42,787 nt of DNA from Euryarchaeota archaeon RBG_19FT_COMBO_69_17 (GCA_001800825.1 MGWD01000025.1:15303-58089), one strand, 5' to 3'. Shown: positions 33,436-42,787, counted from the stretch's first letter. The notes: generated from the letters alone by a model not told the origin. Translations and numbers: made by a program.

Positions 33436-33798
33436 CTATCGGGGCTGAGAGCCAATCCCCCCGGAGAGGCGCCGGACCGCGCGGTCCGCGAAGGCCCTCG
33501 CCATGGCCCGGTCGATCCCGTAGCCGAGGACCCCGTTCTCCCGCTCGATGATCTCCCCGTCGCGGAAGAGGGCGATCGTCGGCACGACGTCGACCGCGTA
33601 GTCCTCCCAGAGCGGGTTCGACTCGTCGTCGAGGAAGACGCTCACGAACCGCGCGCGCAGCTCGTCGCGAAGGCGTTCGAACTCCGATTTGAACCGCCGG
33701 CAGAAGGGGCACCACGTCGCCCAGAACATCACGACGGCGGGCTCGGGCGACTCGAGGACGATCCGGCGGAACGCGTCGGGGTCCCGCGCCTCTTCCAT
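33436..33798 (-). CDS. thioredoxin-fold protein (WCPFC active site)
   Basis: Starts at an internal ATG (33798). Sequence MEEARDPDAFRRIVLESPEPAVVMFWATWCPFCRRFKSEFERL...VPTIALFRDGE. The rest of the 1370-aa track ORF is antisense to polD. Confidence 0.85.
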   Translation of the reverse strand: MEEARDPDAFRRIVLESPEPAVVMFWATWCPFCRRFKSEFERLRDELRARFVSVFLDDESNPLWEDYAVDVVPTIALFRDGEIIERENGVLGYGIDRAMARAFADRAVRRLSGGIGSQPR

Positions 33799-33933
33799 CA
33801 GACACCGACGAGCCGTCCCTCTCCGATAAAGGTTCGTCCGTGAATTTCCGAGGTCCGCAGGCCGCGCGCGACCAAAGGGATATACGCCGCACTCCGGATA
33901 CGGCGCCTCGCGTCGTCTTCTCGAAGGGATGGA

Positions 33934-36900
33934 ATGGTACCCGTCGTCGTCTCCGAGGACTTCCGGCACTACTTCGAAGGCCTCCGCGCGGAGGTCGAGC
34001 GGTCGTACCGGGTCGCCCGACAGGCCAGGGCGAGGGGCTTCGACCCCGAGCTCGACGTGGAGACGCCCCTCACGGAGGACCTCGCCTCGAGGGTCGAGCG
34101 CCTCCTGAAGGACTACGACGTGGAAGGGGTCGCATCCCGAATCCGGGAGCTGGGGAAATCCCATGACAGGGAGGAGACCGCGATCCTCGTCGCGAAGGAG
34201 ATGGCCCAGCGCCCCGCCCCGAGCAAGGAGAAGGCCGTCGAGCGGGCCGTGCGGGTGGGCCTCGCGATCCTGACGGAGGGGATCCTCGTCGCGCCCCTCG
34301 AGGGCCTCGCGGACGTGAAGATCAAGCGGAACGGGGACGGCTCGACATATGTCGACCTGTACTACGCGGGCCCGATTCGCTCCGCGGGCGGGACGGGGCA
34401 GGCCCTGAGCGTCCTCATCGCGGACGTCGTCCGCCGGGAGCTGGGGATCGGCCGGTGGCAGCCGACCCGCCAAGAGGTCGAGCGGTTCAAGGAGGAGATC
34501 CCCCTCTACAAGCAGGTCCAGCACCTCCAGTACACCCCGACGGACGACGAGATCGCCCTCATCGCCTCGAACTGCCCCGTGGGCCTGAACGGCGAAGGGA
34601 CGGAGGACGCGGAGATTTCGGGGTACCGGGACCTGCCGCGGATCGAGACGAACCGAATCCGCGGGGGCGCGTGCCTCGTCATCGCGGACGGGATGTGCCT
34701 GAAGGCCCCGAAGATCCAGAAGCACGTGAAGAAGCTCCGGATCGACGGCTGGGAATTCCTCGACACGTACCTCCAGGGGAAGGGCGGGAAGCCCGAGGAC
34801 TCGAAGGACGACCATGGGGTCGAGCCGAGCGAGAAATTCATCCAGAACATCCTCGCGGGGCGGCCCGTCCTGTGCCACCCGAGCCGCCCGGGCGGGTTCC
34901 GCCTCCGGTACGGGAGGACGCGGGCGACGGGCCTCGCGGCCCTCGCGATCCATCCCGCGACGATGCGCATCCTCGACGATTTCATCGCGGTCGGGACGCA
35001 GATCAAGACGGAGCGGCCGGGGAAGGCCGGCGCCGTGACGCCGTGCGACCGGCTCGAAGGGCCTATCGTCGTCCTCGACACGGGGGACATGGTGGAGATC
35101 GACGACGCCACGATCGCGGTGACCCTCGCCCCCCGCGTCCGGGTCATCGCGGACCTCGGGGAGATCCTCGTGCCGTTCGGCGAGTTCCTCGAGAACAACC
35201 ACGTCCTCATGCCGGGGGCCTTCGCGACCGAGTGGTACGGAGTGCTCCTGGCCGCGAAGCTCGGGTCCCGCCCCGCGGGCTGGGAGGCCGCCGACGCGGC
35301 CCTCGCCCTCGCGTGGTCCCGGGAGCTCGGGGTTCCCCTCCACCCGCGGTACAACCTGTTCTGGCACGACCTCACGGTCGAGGAGATCCGGACCTTGCGG
35401 GAGGCCGTCGCGGCCCGAGGCCGCCTCGAGGAAGGCCGCCTCGTGCTCCCGCGGGACGAGTCCCTCAAGGAGGTCCTCGTGCGCCTCGGTGCGACCCACC
35501 GCGTCCGGGACGGGGAGGTCGTCCTCGACCGGCACACGGAGGCGTTCCTCGCGTGCCTCGGGATCGACACGTCGACGGGCGGGCTCGCGGCGCGGGAGGC
35601 CCCGGACGCCGGGGACCCCCTCGCGTTCGTGTCCGCCCTCGCCGGCTTCCCCGTGAAGGCTCGAGGGCCTACGCGGATCGGCGCGCGGATGGCCCGGCCT
35701 GAGAAGGCAGCCCCGCGGAAGATGCAGCCCGCCCCCCACGCCCTGTTCCCGATCGGCCTCGAAGGGGGGCCCCAGCGCCTCCTCACCGACGCGGCCACGA
35801 AGGACGTCGTCGAGGTCGAGGTCGGCCTGCGGACGTGCTCCGCCTGCGGGAAGCGCTGGTTCCTCCCCCGGTGCACGTGCGGGGGCCACACCCGACCCCG
35901 GAACATGCCCGCGCGCCAGCGTATTCCCCTCCAGGAACTCCTGCGCACGACCCTTCAGCAGCTCGGGGAGCCGGAGCCCGCGGAGATCAAGGCGGTCCAA
36001 GGGATGATCTCCCGCACGAAGACGCCGGAGGCCCTCGAGAAGGGGATCCTCCGGGCGAAGCACGGGATCTACGTCTTCAAGGACGGCACGACGCGGTACG
36101 ACATGACGAACCTGCCCCTCACTCACTTCGTGCCGCGGGAGGCGGGCCTCACCGTCGAGGCCGTGGTCCGACTCGGTTATGCGCGGGACGCGGACGGGCG
36201 GCCGATTGAGCGGGACGACCAGATCCTCGAGCTCCGGACCCAGGACATCGTCGTCGCGCGGTCCTGCGGGGAGTACCTCGTCCGCGTGGCGGCGTTCGTC
36301 GACGACCTCCTCGAGAAGGTGTACCGCCTCCCGCGGTTCTACGACGCCCGAACCCCCGAGGACCTCCTTGGGCAGCTCGTCCTGACGTTGGCCCCCCACA
36401 CGAGCGGCGGCGTCCTCGCCCGGATCGTGGGCTTCACGGACGCCCAGGCGTGCTTCGCCCACCCCTACATGATTGCCGCGCGCCGGCGGAACTGCGACGG
36501 GGACGAGGACTCCGTGATCCTGCTCCTCGACAGCCTCATCAACTTCTCGCGGTCCTTCCTCCCGGACAAGCGGGGCGGCCTCATGGACGCCCCCCTCGTC
36601 CTCACGATCCGGATCGACCCCAACGAGATCGACAAGGAGGCCCACAACCTCGACGTCATGTCGGCGTATCCGCTCGCCCTGTACGAGGCCGCGGAGCGGT
36701 TCGCCCATCCCCGGGAGGTCGAGCCCCAAATCGACACGGTGTCCAAGCGGATCGGGAGCGTCCTCCAGTACGAGGGCTTCGGGTACACCCACGGGACGTC
36801 GGGGATCGTCCAGGGGCCCGTGGCGTCCGCGTACGGGCAGGGAGGGATGATCGAGAAGATGGACAAGCAGCTCGAGCTCGCCCTCAAGATCCGTGCCGTC

Positions 36901-37242
36901 GACGCGGACGACGTCGTCTCGAGGATCGTCGTCCACCACTTCCTTCCGGACCTCATCGGGAACCTGAAGGCCTTCTCGAGCCAGCAGGTCCGGTGCACGA
37001 AGTGCGGGGAGAAGTACCGCCGGATCCCCCTGCGCGGGCGCTGCCCCGGATGCGGGGGGAACCTCACCCTCACAGTCCACGAGAGCTCCGTGAAGAAGTA
37101 CCTCGAGGTATCGAAGAAGATCACCCAGCAGTACGACGTGTCCCACTACCTGAGGCAGCGGATCGACCTCATCGAGGAGGCGATCGCGTCCCTCTTCACG
37201 AACGAGAAGGTCCAGTCCCTCAAGCTCGACGACTTCTTCTAG
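33934..37242 (+). CDS. polC: DNA polymerase II (PolD) large subunit DP2, no intein
   Basis: 1102 aa with conserved DP2 blocks (YAGPIRSAGGTGQA, NCDGDEDS, HTSGGVLARIVGFT). C-terminal Zn ribbon CTKCGEKYRRIPLRGRCPGCGG. Confidence 0.96.
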   Translation: MVPVVVSEDFRHYFEGLRAEVERSYRVARQARARGFDPELDVETPLTEDLASRVERLLKDYDVEGVASRIRELGKSHDREETAILVAKEMAQRPAPSKEKAVERAVRVGLAILTEGILVAPLEGLADVKIKRNGDGSTYVDLYYAGPIRSAGGTGQALSVLIADVVRRELGIGRWQPTRQEVERFKEEIPLYKQVQHLQYTPTDDEIALIASNCPVGLNGEGTEDAEISGYRDLPRIETNRIRGGACLVIADGMCLKAPKIQKHVKKLRIDGWEFLDTYLQGKGGKPEDSKDDHGVEPSEKFIQNILAGRPVLCHPSRPGGFRLRYGRTRATGLAALAIHPATMRILDDFIAVGTQIKTERPGKAGAVTPCDRLEGPIVVLDTGDMVEIDDATIAVTLAPRVRVIADLGEILVPFGEFLENNHVLMPGAFATEWYGVLLAAKLGSRPAGWEAADAALALAWSRELGVPLHPRYNLFWHDLTVEEIRTLREAVAARGRLEEGRLVLPRDESLKEVLVRLGATHRVRDGEVVLDRHTEAFLACLGIDTSTGGLAAREAPDAGDPLAFVSALAGFPVKARGPTRIGARMARPEKAAPRKMQPAPHALFPIGLEGGPQRLLTDAATKDVVEVEVGLRTCSACGKRWFLPRCTCGGHTRPRNMPARQRIPLQELLRTTLQQLGEPEPAEIKAVQGMISRTKTPEALEKGILRAKHGIYVFKDGTTRYDMTNLPLTHFVPREAGLTVEAVVRLGYARDADGRPIERDDQILELRTQDIVVARSCGEYLVRVAAFVDDLLEKVYRLPRFYDARTPEDLLGQLVLTLAPHTSGGVLARIVGFTDAQACFAHPYMIAARRRNCDGDEDSVILLLDSLINFSRSFLPDKRGGLMDAPLVLTIRIDPNEIDKEAHNLDVMSAYPLALYEAAERFAHPREVEPQIDTVSKRIGSVLQYEGFGYTHGTSGIVQGPVASAYGQGGMIEKMDKQLELALKIRAVDADDVVSRIVVHHFLPDLIGNLKAFSSQQVRCTKCGEKYRRIPLRGRCPGCGGNLTLTVHESSVKKYLEVSKKITQQYDVSHYLRQRIDLIEEAIASLFTNEKVQSLKLDDFF

Positions 37243-37568
37243 GCCGCGGCCCGCGCGCGGGACCGCTCGACCCGCACCCGAATCGCTCCGATGGCCACGA
37301 GGGCCATCCCGAGGAGGAGGACGCCCAGGACGAGGAGGGGGAAGTACTCGACGGTCAGTTCCGCGAGCTGGGTGGGCATCCAGCCGGACTCGAGCCCCAG
37401 CTGGTCGGGGCCCATGAGGTACGCCCCCACGAGGGCGAGGCCGAGGACCATCACGGCGATCCCTAGCTTCGCGACGGCCGGGGTGCGGAGGGTGTAGGCG
37501 CACGCCGGGCACACCCACACGGCGTCCTCGGGCAGCTCGCGGAGGCACTCGGGACAGCGTGAGGCCAT
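37239..37568 (-). CDS. small Zn-ribbon membrane protein (109 aa)
   Basis: Starts at an internal ATG (37568). MASRCPECLREL...WVCPACAY is followed by two TM helices. Its stop shares the palindrome CTAG (37239-37242) with the polD stop. Confidence 0.6.
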   Translation of the reverse strand: MASRCPECLRELPEDAVWVCPACAYTLRTPAVAKLGIAVMVLGLALVGAYLMGPDQLGLESGWMPTQLAELTVEYFPLLVLGVLLLGMALVAIGAIRVRVERSRARAAA

Positions 37569-37642
37569 CGGTCCCCGGAGTTGGGCGGCCGGGAAAAACC
37601 TTCCGTTCTGCGGGACCTCCGCCCGACGCGCCTGGACAAGCC

Positions 37643-37650
37643 TTTTGTAG
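37643..37650 (+). promoter_or_regulatory. TATA-like box TTTTGTAG for the GT-C-like gene
   Basis: Centred about 26 nt upstream of ATG 37672. Confidence 0.4.
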
Positions 37651-37671
37651 CGGGGGTCGGTTCGCGACGGG

Positions 37672-39366
37672 ATGCGGGCGTCGTCCCGGTGGGCCCTCGC
37701 CGCGATCGTCCTCGCGGCCATTGGGATCCGGCTATGGCCCGTCCGGGTCCACTCGCACTGGGGCTCCGATGTGGGGGAGTACTACGCGATCCTCCGGGAC
37801 CTCCTCGCCTCGGGCCGCGTCTCGACGGAGTACGCGGGCTGGGGCATCACGTATCCGTACTTCCCGGGGATGTTCTTCGTCCAAGGAGCCGCCGTGGACG
37901 TGGGGGGACTGTCCGCCCCCGTCGTCGTGAACTTGCTCGTGCCCGTGCTCGGCGGGCTCGTCGCGCTGCCCGTCTTCGTCCTCGCGGCCTCCCTCGCGCG
38001 GGACGAGCGGGCGGGTCTCTTCGCGGCCGCCCTCGTCGCGGTCGCATTCCCCCACGCGTTCCCGACCTCCCACACGGCGCCCGCGACCCTCGGGGACCTC
38101 CTCGCCATCGCGTCGCTCCTCCTCTTCGTCAAGGTCCGTCGGGACTCCCGGGCGCTTCCCCTCGTCGTCCTCGTCGGGCTCGGGCTCGTCGTGACCCACC
38201 ATCTCTCCCTGTACTTCCTCCTCGTCATGGAGGTCGCGTCCCTGTTCGTCCGCGGGATGATCCGGCCCGCTCACCTGTCACGGGGGACTTTGCGGGAGAT
38301 CGGCGCCCTCGGGCTCGTCGTCGCGGCGACCCTCGGCTTCTGGCTCGGGTACGCGACGACGTTCCGCGACGGGATCCTCCGGGACGTGGATGTCCAGCCG
38401 TGGTGGCTCCTCCTCGCCGCCGCGCCCGTGGCGGTTGGCCTCATGGCCCTCCTCGTCGTCCTCCGCCGAAGGACCGCCTGGCGCTACCGTCCGCGGCTCC
38501 CCGACCTGCGCCGATCCGCCATCCTCGCAGGGGTCGCCCTCGCCGCCGTGTACGTCGTCCTCGCGGACGCCGTCTTCGTCTTCATCCCCGGGACGACGAT
38601 CGCGCTCTCCCCCGCGGCCCTCATCCTGTTCGCTCCGCTCTACGTGCTCGTGTCGTTCTCCGCGGCCGGGCGGCAGGCGCTCGACATGCATCCGGACGGC
38701 ATCCGGCCCACGGCGTGGCTACTCGGGCTCGTGGGGTCCGTCCTCGTCGGCGCGGCGTTCGCGCCGCGCACCCTCATCCCGTATCGCCACATGGAATACG
38801 TGATCATCGTCCTCGCGATCTTCGCGGGCCTCGGGTTCGTCCGGACCCTCGATCTCGCGGCCCTCCGGCCAAGGGCGAGGAGCCTCGCCACCCTCGCCTG
38901 CGCGGGCCTCCTCGCGGCGAGCGCACTCTCCGTTTACCCATCGAGAGACGTCCTCGGGGGATGGCAGGAGGGGTTGCGGCCGCAAGCCGTGGACGCGGCC
39001 TACTGGTCCCGGGACCGCGTGGACGGCCTCCTCCTCGCGGACCATCAGGCGTCCAACGTGGCGTTCGGCTTCGGGGGCGTCGACGCGACATGGGACCGCA
39101 CGACGGCGCCCCTCCTCGCCCCCACCTTCGAGGACGCGCGGGCGGGGATGCTCGCCGTGCCATCCCCGTCAGGGGTTCGGGACGTCGCCTACGCATGGGT
39201 GGACGAGGACACGGAGCGAGGGGTGGCCCTGTACCCGTGGGAGCCCGCGGCGCCCATGCCGCCCGAGGCCGTCGCGAAGTTCTCCGAGTCACCCTTCGTC
39301 AAGTTGTTCGACAACGGGTTCGCGCGCGTGTACTGGGTCGCGTGGGGCTGCGACGGATCCTGCTGA
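37672..39366 (+). CDS. polytopic membrane protein, candidate GT-C-fold glycosyltransferase (ArnT/PMT-like)
   Basis: 564 aa with about 11-13 TM helices and an acidic first loop (HWGSDVGEYY). A soluble C-terminal domain follows. It heads a cluster with GT4 and GT2 genes. The function is inferred from architecture only. Confidence 0.5.
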   Translation: MRASSRWALAAIVLAAIGIRLWPVRVHSHWGSDVGEYYAILRDLLASGRVSTEYAGWGITYPYFPGMFFVQGAAVDVGGLSAPVVVNLLVPVLGGLVALPVFVLAASLARDERAGLFAAALVAVAFPHAFPTSHTAPATLGDLLAIASLLLFVKVRRDSRALPLVVLVGLGLVVTHHLSLYFLLVMEVASLFVRGMIRPAHLSRGTLREIGALGLVVAATLGFWLGYATTFRDGILRDVDVQPWWLLLAAAPVAVGLMALLVVLRRRTAWRYRPRLPDLRRSAILAGVALAAVYVVLADAVFVFIPGTTIALSPAALILFAPLYVLVSFSAAGRQALDMHPDGIRPTAWLLGLVGSVLVGAAFAPRTLIPYRHMEYVIIVLAIFAGLGFVRTLDLAALRPRARSLATLACAGLLAASALSVYPSRDVLGGWQEGLRPQAVDAAYWSRDRVDGLLLADHQASNVAFGFGGVDATWDRTTAPLLAPTFEDARAGMLAVPSPSGVRDVAYAWVDEDTERGVALYPWEPAAPMPPEAVAKFSESPFVKLFDNGFARVYWVAWGCDGSC

Positions 39367-39408
39367 GCCGCCAGCCTTTAAGCCCCGCTGCCGGTTGCGG
39401 GCACATCC

Positions 39409-40500
39409 ATGCGCCTCGCCGTCCTCCATGACCACCTCTCCTTCATCGGGGGCGGGGAGCGCGTGGCCCTCACCCTCGCCTCGGCGCTCGACGCGGACCT
39501 CTTCGTGACGGACCTCGATCCCGAGCTGCCCCGGCGCATGGGCTCGCCTGACGTCCGCGTGGAGCAGATCGCGAAGGTCCCCGACGTCCCCACCCTGCGA
39601 CAGTCCGCCCAGGCGAAGGCCTTCCGGCGGCTCTCCCTGCCCTCGTACGACGGATACGTGCTCTCCGGGAACTGGACCGTGTTCGCCGCGGCGAGGCACC
39701 GGCCGAACCTGTGGTACTGCCACACGCCCGTCCGGGTGTTCTACGACCTCCGGGACTCCTTCCTCGAGGGGCTCACCCTCGGCAAGCGGCTCGCCGCGGA
39801 GGGCTGGATCCGCCGATGGGAGCCGCGGTACGAGTCCGCCGTCGCCGGGGTCGACCGGATCGTCGCGAACAGCCGGAACGTCGCCGACCGCGTGAGGAAG
39901 TACCTGGACCGCAGCGCAGCGATCGTCCATCCTCCCGTCGACACCCGGCGCTTCCGGTTCCGCGAGGTGGGCGACTTCTGGCTTTCCGTGAACCGGCTCT
40001 CCCACGAGAAGAGGATCGGCCTGCAAATGGACACGTTCCGGGACCTGCCCGAGGAGCGCCTCGTCGTGGTCGGCGGGCCCCAGGCGGGCGTGGACGCAGG
40101 GCGCTTCGTGAGAGGGCTTGATCCCCCCGGGAACGTGGAGTTCCGTGGCGAGGTCGACGAGGCGGAGCTCCTCGACCTCTACGCGAGGTGTCGGGGGCTC
40201 TTCGCGACGGCCCATGACGAGGACTTCGGCCTCGGGCCCGTGGAGGCGATGGCCTCCGGCAAGGCCGTCGTCGCGGTGGACGAAGGGGGGTATCGGGAGA
40301 CGGTCGTCCATGGAGAAACAGGCTGGCTCGTGCCTCCCGAGAAGGACGCCCTCTTCGCGGCCGTCCGGAGCGCTTCCGCGGGCGACTTGGGCGGCATGCG
40401 GGCGGCTTGCGAGGCGAGGGCGAAGGCCTTCGACGCCGCCGTGTTCGTCGAGCGAATGAGAGCCCTCGTCGAGACGATGGTCGGCGGGGCGATGCCATGA
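39409..40500 (+). CDS. glycosyltransferase family 4 (GT-B, RfaG-like)
   Basis: 363 aa with a C-terminal E-x7-E-type block (DEDFGLGPVEAMASGKAVVAVDEGGYRETVVHGETGWLV). Confidence 0.88.
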   Translation: MRLAVLHDHLSFIGGGERVALTLASALDADLFVTDLDPELPRRMGSPDVRVEQIAKVPDVPTLRQSAQAKAFRRLSLPSYDGYVLSGNWTVFAAARHRPNLWYCHTPVRVFYDLRDSFLEGLTLGKRLAAEGWIRRWEPRYESAVAGVDRIVANSRNVADRVRKYLDRSAAIVHPPVDTRRFRFREVGDFWLSVNRLSHEKRIGLQMDTFRDLPEERLVVVGGPQAGVDAGRFVRGLDPPGNVEFRGEVDEAELLDLYARCRGLFATAHDEDFGLGPVEAMASGKAVVAVDEGGYRETVVHGETGWLVPPEKDALFAAVRSASAGDLGGMRAACEARAKAFDAAVFVERMRALVETMVGGAMP

Positions 40501-41513
40501 CGGGCCGGGCCTGCGTGGTCGTCTTGAACTGGCAGGGCCGGAACTACATCCGCGACTGCCTCCGGGCGGCGCTCGCCCAGACATACGAGGACGCCCGCGT
40601 GATCGTCGTGGACAACGCGAGCACGGACGGGTCGCGGGAGATTGTACGGGACGAGTTCCCCGAGGCGACCCTCGTGCCCCTCCCGGAGAACCTCCACTTC
40701 GCGCGGGGCACGAACGCCGGCGTCGAGACGGCTCTCCGGGACCCCGAGTGCGCCTACGTGATGACGCTGAACAACGACACGCGCATGGAGCCGGATGCGC
40801 TCGCGGCCCTCGTGGCGGGGATGCGGGACCCGCGCGTCGGGGTCGTCGCGGCGAAGCTCCTCTTCATGGACACGGGCCGGATCAACAGCGCGGGGATCAG
40901 CCCCACGTTCGACGGGAGCGGAGTGGACCGCGGGTGGATGCAGGCCGACAAGGGTCAGTTCGACGCCGCGCTCGACGTCTTCGGGGCGTCCGCGGGGGCG
41001 GCCGTGTACCGCCGGGAGGCCCTCGATCGCGTGGGCCTGTTCGACGGGGACTTCCTCGCGTACTACGAGGACCTCGATCTCGCATGGCGGCTCCGGCTCG
41101 CAGGGTGGGAGGCCCGCTTCGCGCCGGGAGCCCGGGTCCACCACACGTACTCCGCCTCGACGAGCCCTCGTGCCATCTGGAAGACCTACCAGGGAGAGAG
41201 GAACCGGATCTGGAACCTCGTCCAGAACTACCCTTGGCGGTACGCAGCCGTTGCGGTCCCGTGGAACGCGTCCCGGGTGGCGTCCGCCCTGGGCCGCCAC
41301 CTCCTTCGAAAGCGGAGCCCCCATACAGACTCGCCGACCCTGAGCGCCTTCACGTCCGCGATCATCCGGGCGAGGCTGGACGCGTATGCGGGGATGCCGC
41401 GGGCCCTCGAGAAGCGAAGACGCCGTCGTGCGAGCTTGTGGGTCGACCCTCGGGCCGTGGGACGATGGCTCCGCACCTATGGGGTACGAATCCGGGACAT
41501 GCCCTTCGACTGA
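40497..41513 (+). CDS. glycosyltransferase family 2 (rhamnosyltransferase-like)
   Basis: Starts at an internal ATG (40497) that overlaps the GT4 stop (ATGA). Sequence CVVVLNWQGRNYIRDCLRAAL...VIVVDNASTDGS...LNNDT...YYEDLDLAWR. Confidence 0.88.
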   Translation: MTGRACVVVLNWQGRNYIRDCLRAALAQTYEDARVIVVDNASTDGSREIVRDEFPEATLVPLPENLHFARGTNAGVETALRDPECAYVMTLNNDTRMEPDALAALVAGMRDPRVGVVAAKLLFMDTGRINSAGISPTFDGSGVDRGWMQADKGQFDAALDVFGASAGAAVYRREALDRVGLFDGDFLAYYEDLDLAWRLRLAGWEARFAPGARVHHTYSASTSPRAIWKTYQGERNRIWNLVQNYPWRYAAVAVPWNASRVASALGRHLLRKRSPHTDSPTLSAFTSAIIRARLDAYAGMPRALEKRRRRRASLWVDPRAVGRWLRTYGVRIRDMPFD

Positions 41514-41906
41514 TCAGGGCCGCGGAGGGTTCGGGAAGCACGCCGTGCACATGGGGTCGATGTCGCCGAACCGCTTATGGTATTCGCAGAAGCGCGCGGT
41601 CTGCATGAGGTCCATGCAGAACTGGTTCAGGACAGCGATCTGCTGGGACTTCGGCAGCCCCGCGTGGATCTTCGCGGCGAGGTCGTCCACGAACCCCGAG
41701 ATCTCCGGGAATCGCCGGAGGATCTCCTGGTCCACCCCGCGGCTCTTCGTGTTGTAGTGGCTCACCGCGGCCTGGGTGATCCCGAGGGCCTTCGCGACGT
41801 CGACCTGCTTCATGTCGTACTTGCGCAGGAGTTCCTGGGCGAGGCGGGCGCGGATCGTGGGGAGGAGTTTCGCCACGACGACTTCCTGAGGTTGGAGCAT
41901 CTGCAA
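41514..41906 (-). CDS. HTH (XRE-like) transcriptional regulator with a C-terminal Cys/His cluster
   Basis: 130 aa. The HTH is MKQVDVAKALGITQAAVSHY. The C-terminus is FCMDLMQTARFCEYHKRF...CTAC. Its stop abuts the GT2 stop (TGATCA at 41511-41516). Confidence 0.8.
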   Translation of the reverse strand: MQMLQPQEVVVAKLLPTIRARLAQELLRKYDMKQVDVAKALGITQAAVSHYNTKSRGVDQEILRRFPEISGFVDDLAAKIHAGLPKSQQIAVLNQFCMDLMQTARFCEYHKRFGDIDPMCTACFPNPPRP

Positions 41907-42419
41907 AGCCGCCCGCGGAACGCCGACTTCCTCCTAGATATAACATCGTATTTAACCGTGACGACTTTTCTCTCGCGGGCGAGAACTCCGCCGGCCGCAT
42001 GGCGGCCGATTCATGGTTGCGGGCCTAGGCCTCAATCCCCGTGCGCCAGGAATCATCTTCGACGGCGAGGACGGGCGAACGTCGGTGGAGGTCGGCGGAC
42101 CGGAGGTGCAGGGTCTCGCCCGGGCCGAGGGCGCGGATGCTGGACTCGAGATCCTGGGTTTCTCCGACCACGTAGCCTAGGACGTTCATGTCGGGTCCGT
42201 TCCCTTCGCCATCGTCATCGGGGCATCGAACGACTCGGTCCTACTAATATTTGAGCGCGACAAAAATTCCTTTGGGAATAGGCGGGAGGGAGCCTCGTCG
42301 ATCGTCGGCCTAGCTCGTCAGCTCGCCGAAGCCGCTCGCGCGGAACGGCGAGCTCACTTATACTCTGGAACTCATGGGCAGCCGCCCGGCCGAGGGTATC
42401 GCTGGGAGGGGTATCGAGG

Positions 42420-42602
42420 ATGGCAATGAAAGGCGGAATGGGCGCGAAGATGGTCTCGTGCGACTGCGGCTTCATGATCCAGAGCCCGAGCGAGAACGAG
42501 GTCGTGAAGATGACCCAGATGCATGTGAAGGATACGCATCAGAAGGCCGTGTCCTCTGGCGACGTAATGAAGATGATGAAGCCGGGCATGATGATGAAGT
42601 AG
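42420..42602 (+). CDS. small metal-binding protein (DUF1059-like)
   Basis: 60 aa. SCDCGFMIQSPSENEVVKMTQMHVKDTH matches the DUF1059 pattern as I remember it. GAGG lies 4 nt before the ATG, and CTTATACTC at 42357-42365 is TATA-like. Confidence 0.7.
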   Translation: MAMKGGMGAKMVSCDCGFMIQSPSENEVVKMTQMHVKDTHQKAVSSGDVMKMMKPGMMMK

Positions 42603-42633
42603 GGCGCTCACTTCGAGCCCGCCCTCGCCGAGA

Positions 42634-42706
42634 AGCCACCAGGGAGAATTGAACTCCCGACCTGCCGCTTACAAGGCGGCTGCTCTACCGACTGAGCTAT
42701 GGTGGC
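42634..42706 (-). tRNA. tRNA-Thr (anticodon UGU), no intron
   Basis: GCCACCA-UA-GCUC-AGUCGGUA-GAGC-A-GCCGC-CUUGUAA-GCGGC-AGGUC-GGGAG-UUCAAUU-CUCCC-UGGUGGC-U is a clean 73-nt cloverleaf. Confidence 0.93.
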
Positions 42707-42731
42707 GCGCGGAGCCCATGGTCGCCAGGTG

Positions 42732-42737
42732 TAAAAG
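42732..42737 (-). promoter_or_regulatory. TATA-like element (GCTTTTACAC on the minus strand) upstream of tRNA-Thr
   Basis: Centred about 28 nt upstream of the tRNA 5' end at 42706. Confidence 0.45.
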
Positions 42738-42787
42738 CGTTTCCCGGCCCCGGGACGATGCGGGCGGGTTCGTTCATTCTCATTCCT

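Noticed and set aside
33799-37548. Bulk of the 1370-aa minus ORF 33436..37548, plus 34455..35702, 34506..35948 and 36450..37466
   Set aside because: They are antisense to, or out of frame with, the PolD large subunit. Only the last 120 codons of the 1370-aa ORF (33436..33798, thioredoxin) look like a real protein and have their own ATG and TATA box.
37581-41608. ORFs 37581..39431, 39289..40584, 39773..40498, 40179..41324 and 40748..41608
   Set aside because: They are Arg/Pro/Gly-rich shadow frames over the GT-C-like, GT4 and GT2 genes.
42025-42189. 54-aa minus-strand ORF (MNVLGYVVGETQDLESSIRALGPGETLHLRSADLHRRSPVLAVEDDSWRTGIEA), below the ORF-track cutoff
   Set aside because: Its composition is protein-like and a GAAGGGA lies upstream, but I cannot recognise any motif (only a vague TusA-like feel, and without the Cys-Pro). 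It is too short to support without conservation data, so it is left unannotated.
1-42787. Searched by eye for CRISPR arrays, IS elements/transposases, integrases next to the two tRNA genes, prophage genes, toxin-antitoxin pairs and inteins in polD/rpoA/rpoB
   Set aside because: I saw no regularly spaced direct repeats, no transposase or integrase-like ORFs, and no tRNA-fragment direct repeats. Protein lengths and contiguous conserved blocks are consistent with intein-free genes. The only tandem repeat is the coding 12-nt repeat at 30343-30588.

Overview
Very GC-rich archaeal chromosomal segment (GC judged by eye, not computed). I saw no CRISPR array, transposase or integrase. The housekeeping core is a complete RNA polymerase operon on the minus strand: rpoH, unsplit rpoB, rpoA', rpoA'', rpl30e, nusA. 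Directly upstream of it is a tRNA-Lys(UUU) gene that only folds as a tRNA after three introns are removed. Other core genes are ksgA, a Zn-ribbon protein plus aEF-1beta, the PolD large subunit, an orphan 5S rRNA and an intron-less tRNA-Thr(UGU). Accessory content: TupABC tungstate transporter, MscS channel plus an MscS C-terminal relic, an APC permease fused to Usp domains, a Ras/Rab-like small GTPase, an A24 prepilin/preflagellin peptidase, and an SNF2 helicase translationally coupled to a Zn-ribbon partner. There is also a radical SAM protein, a secreted protein made of 3-4 tandem ~145-aa units, and a GT-C-like/GT4/GT2 glycosylation cluster. The most unusual locus is a KaiC-like ATPase, a double winged-helix regulator and a 1540-aa bitopic protein. 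That protein has cytoplasmic HhH, three Zn ribbons, TPR and a GRxN repeat, then a TM helix and a large extracellular region. Unsplit rpoB, PolD and an unlinked 5S suggest a Thermoplasmatota-like euryarchaeon (inference only). Many long ORFs in the supplied track are R/G/P/E-rich antisense shadows of real genes and were rejected. Several real starts are GTG or TTG, internal to the track ORFs, and sit about 26 nt downstream of TATA-like boxes (leaderless pattern).
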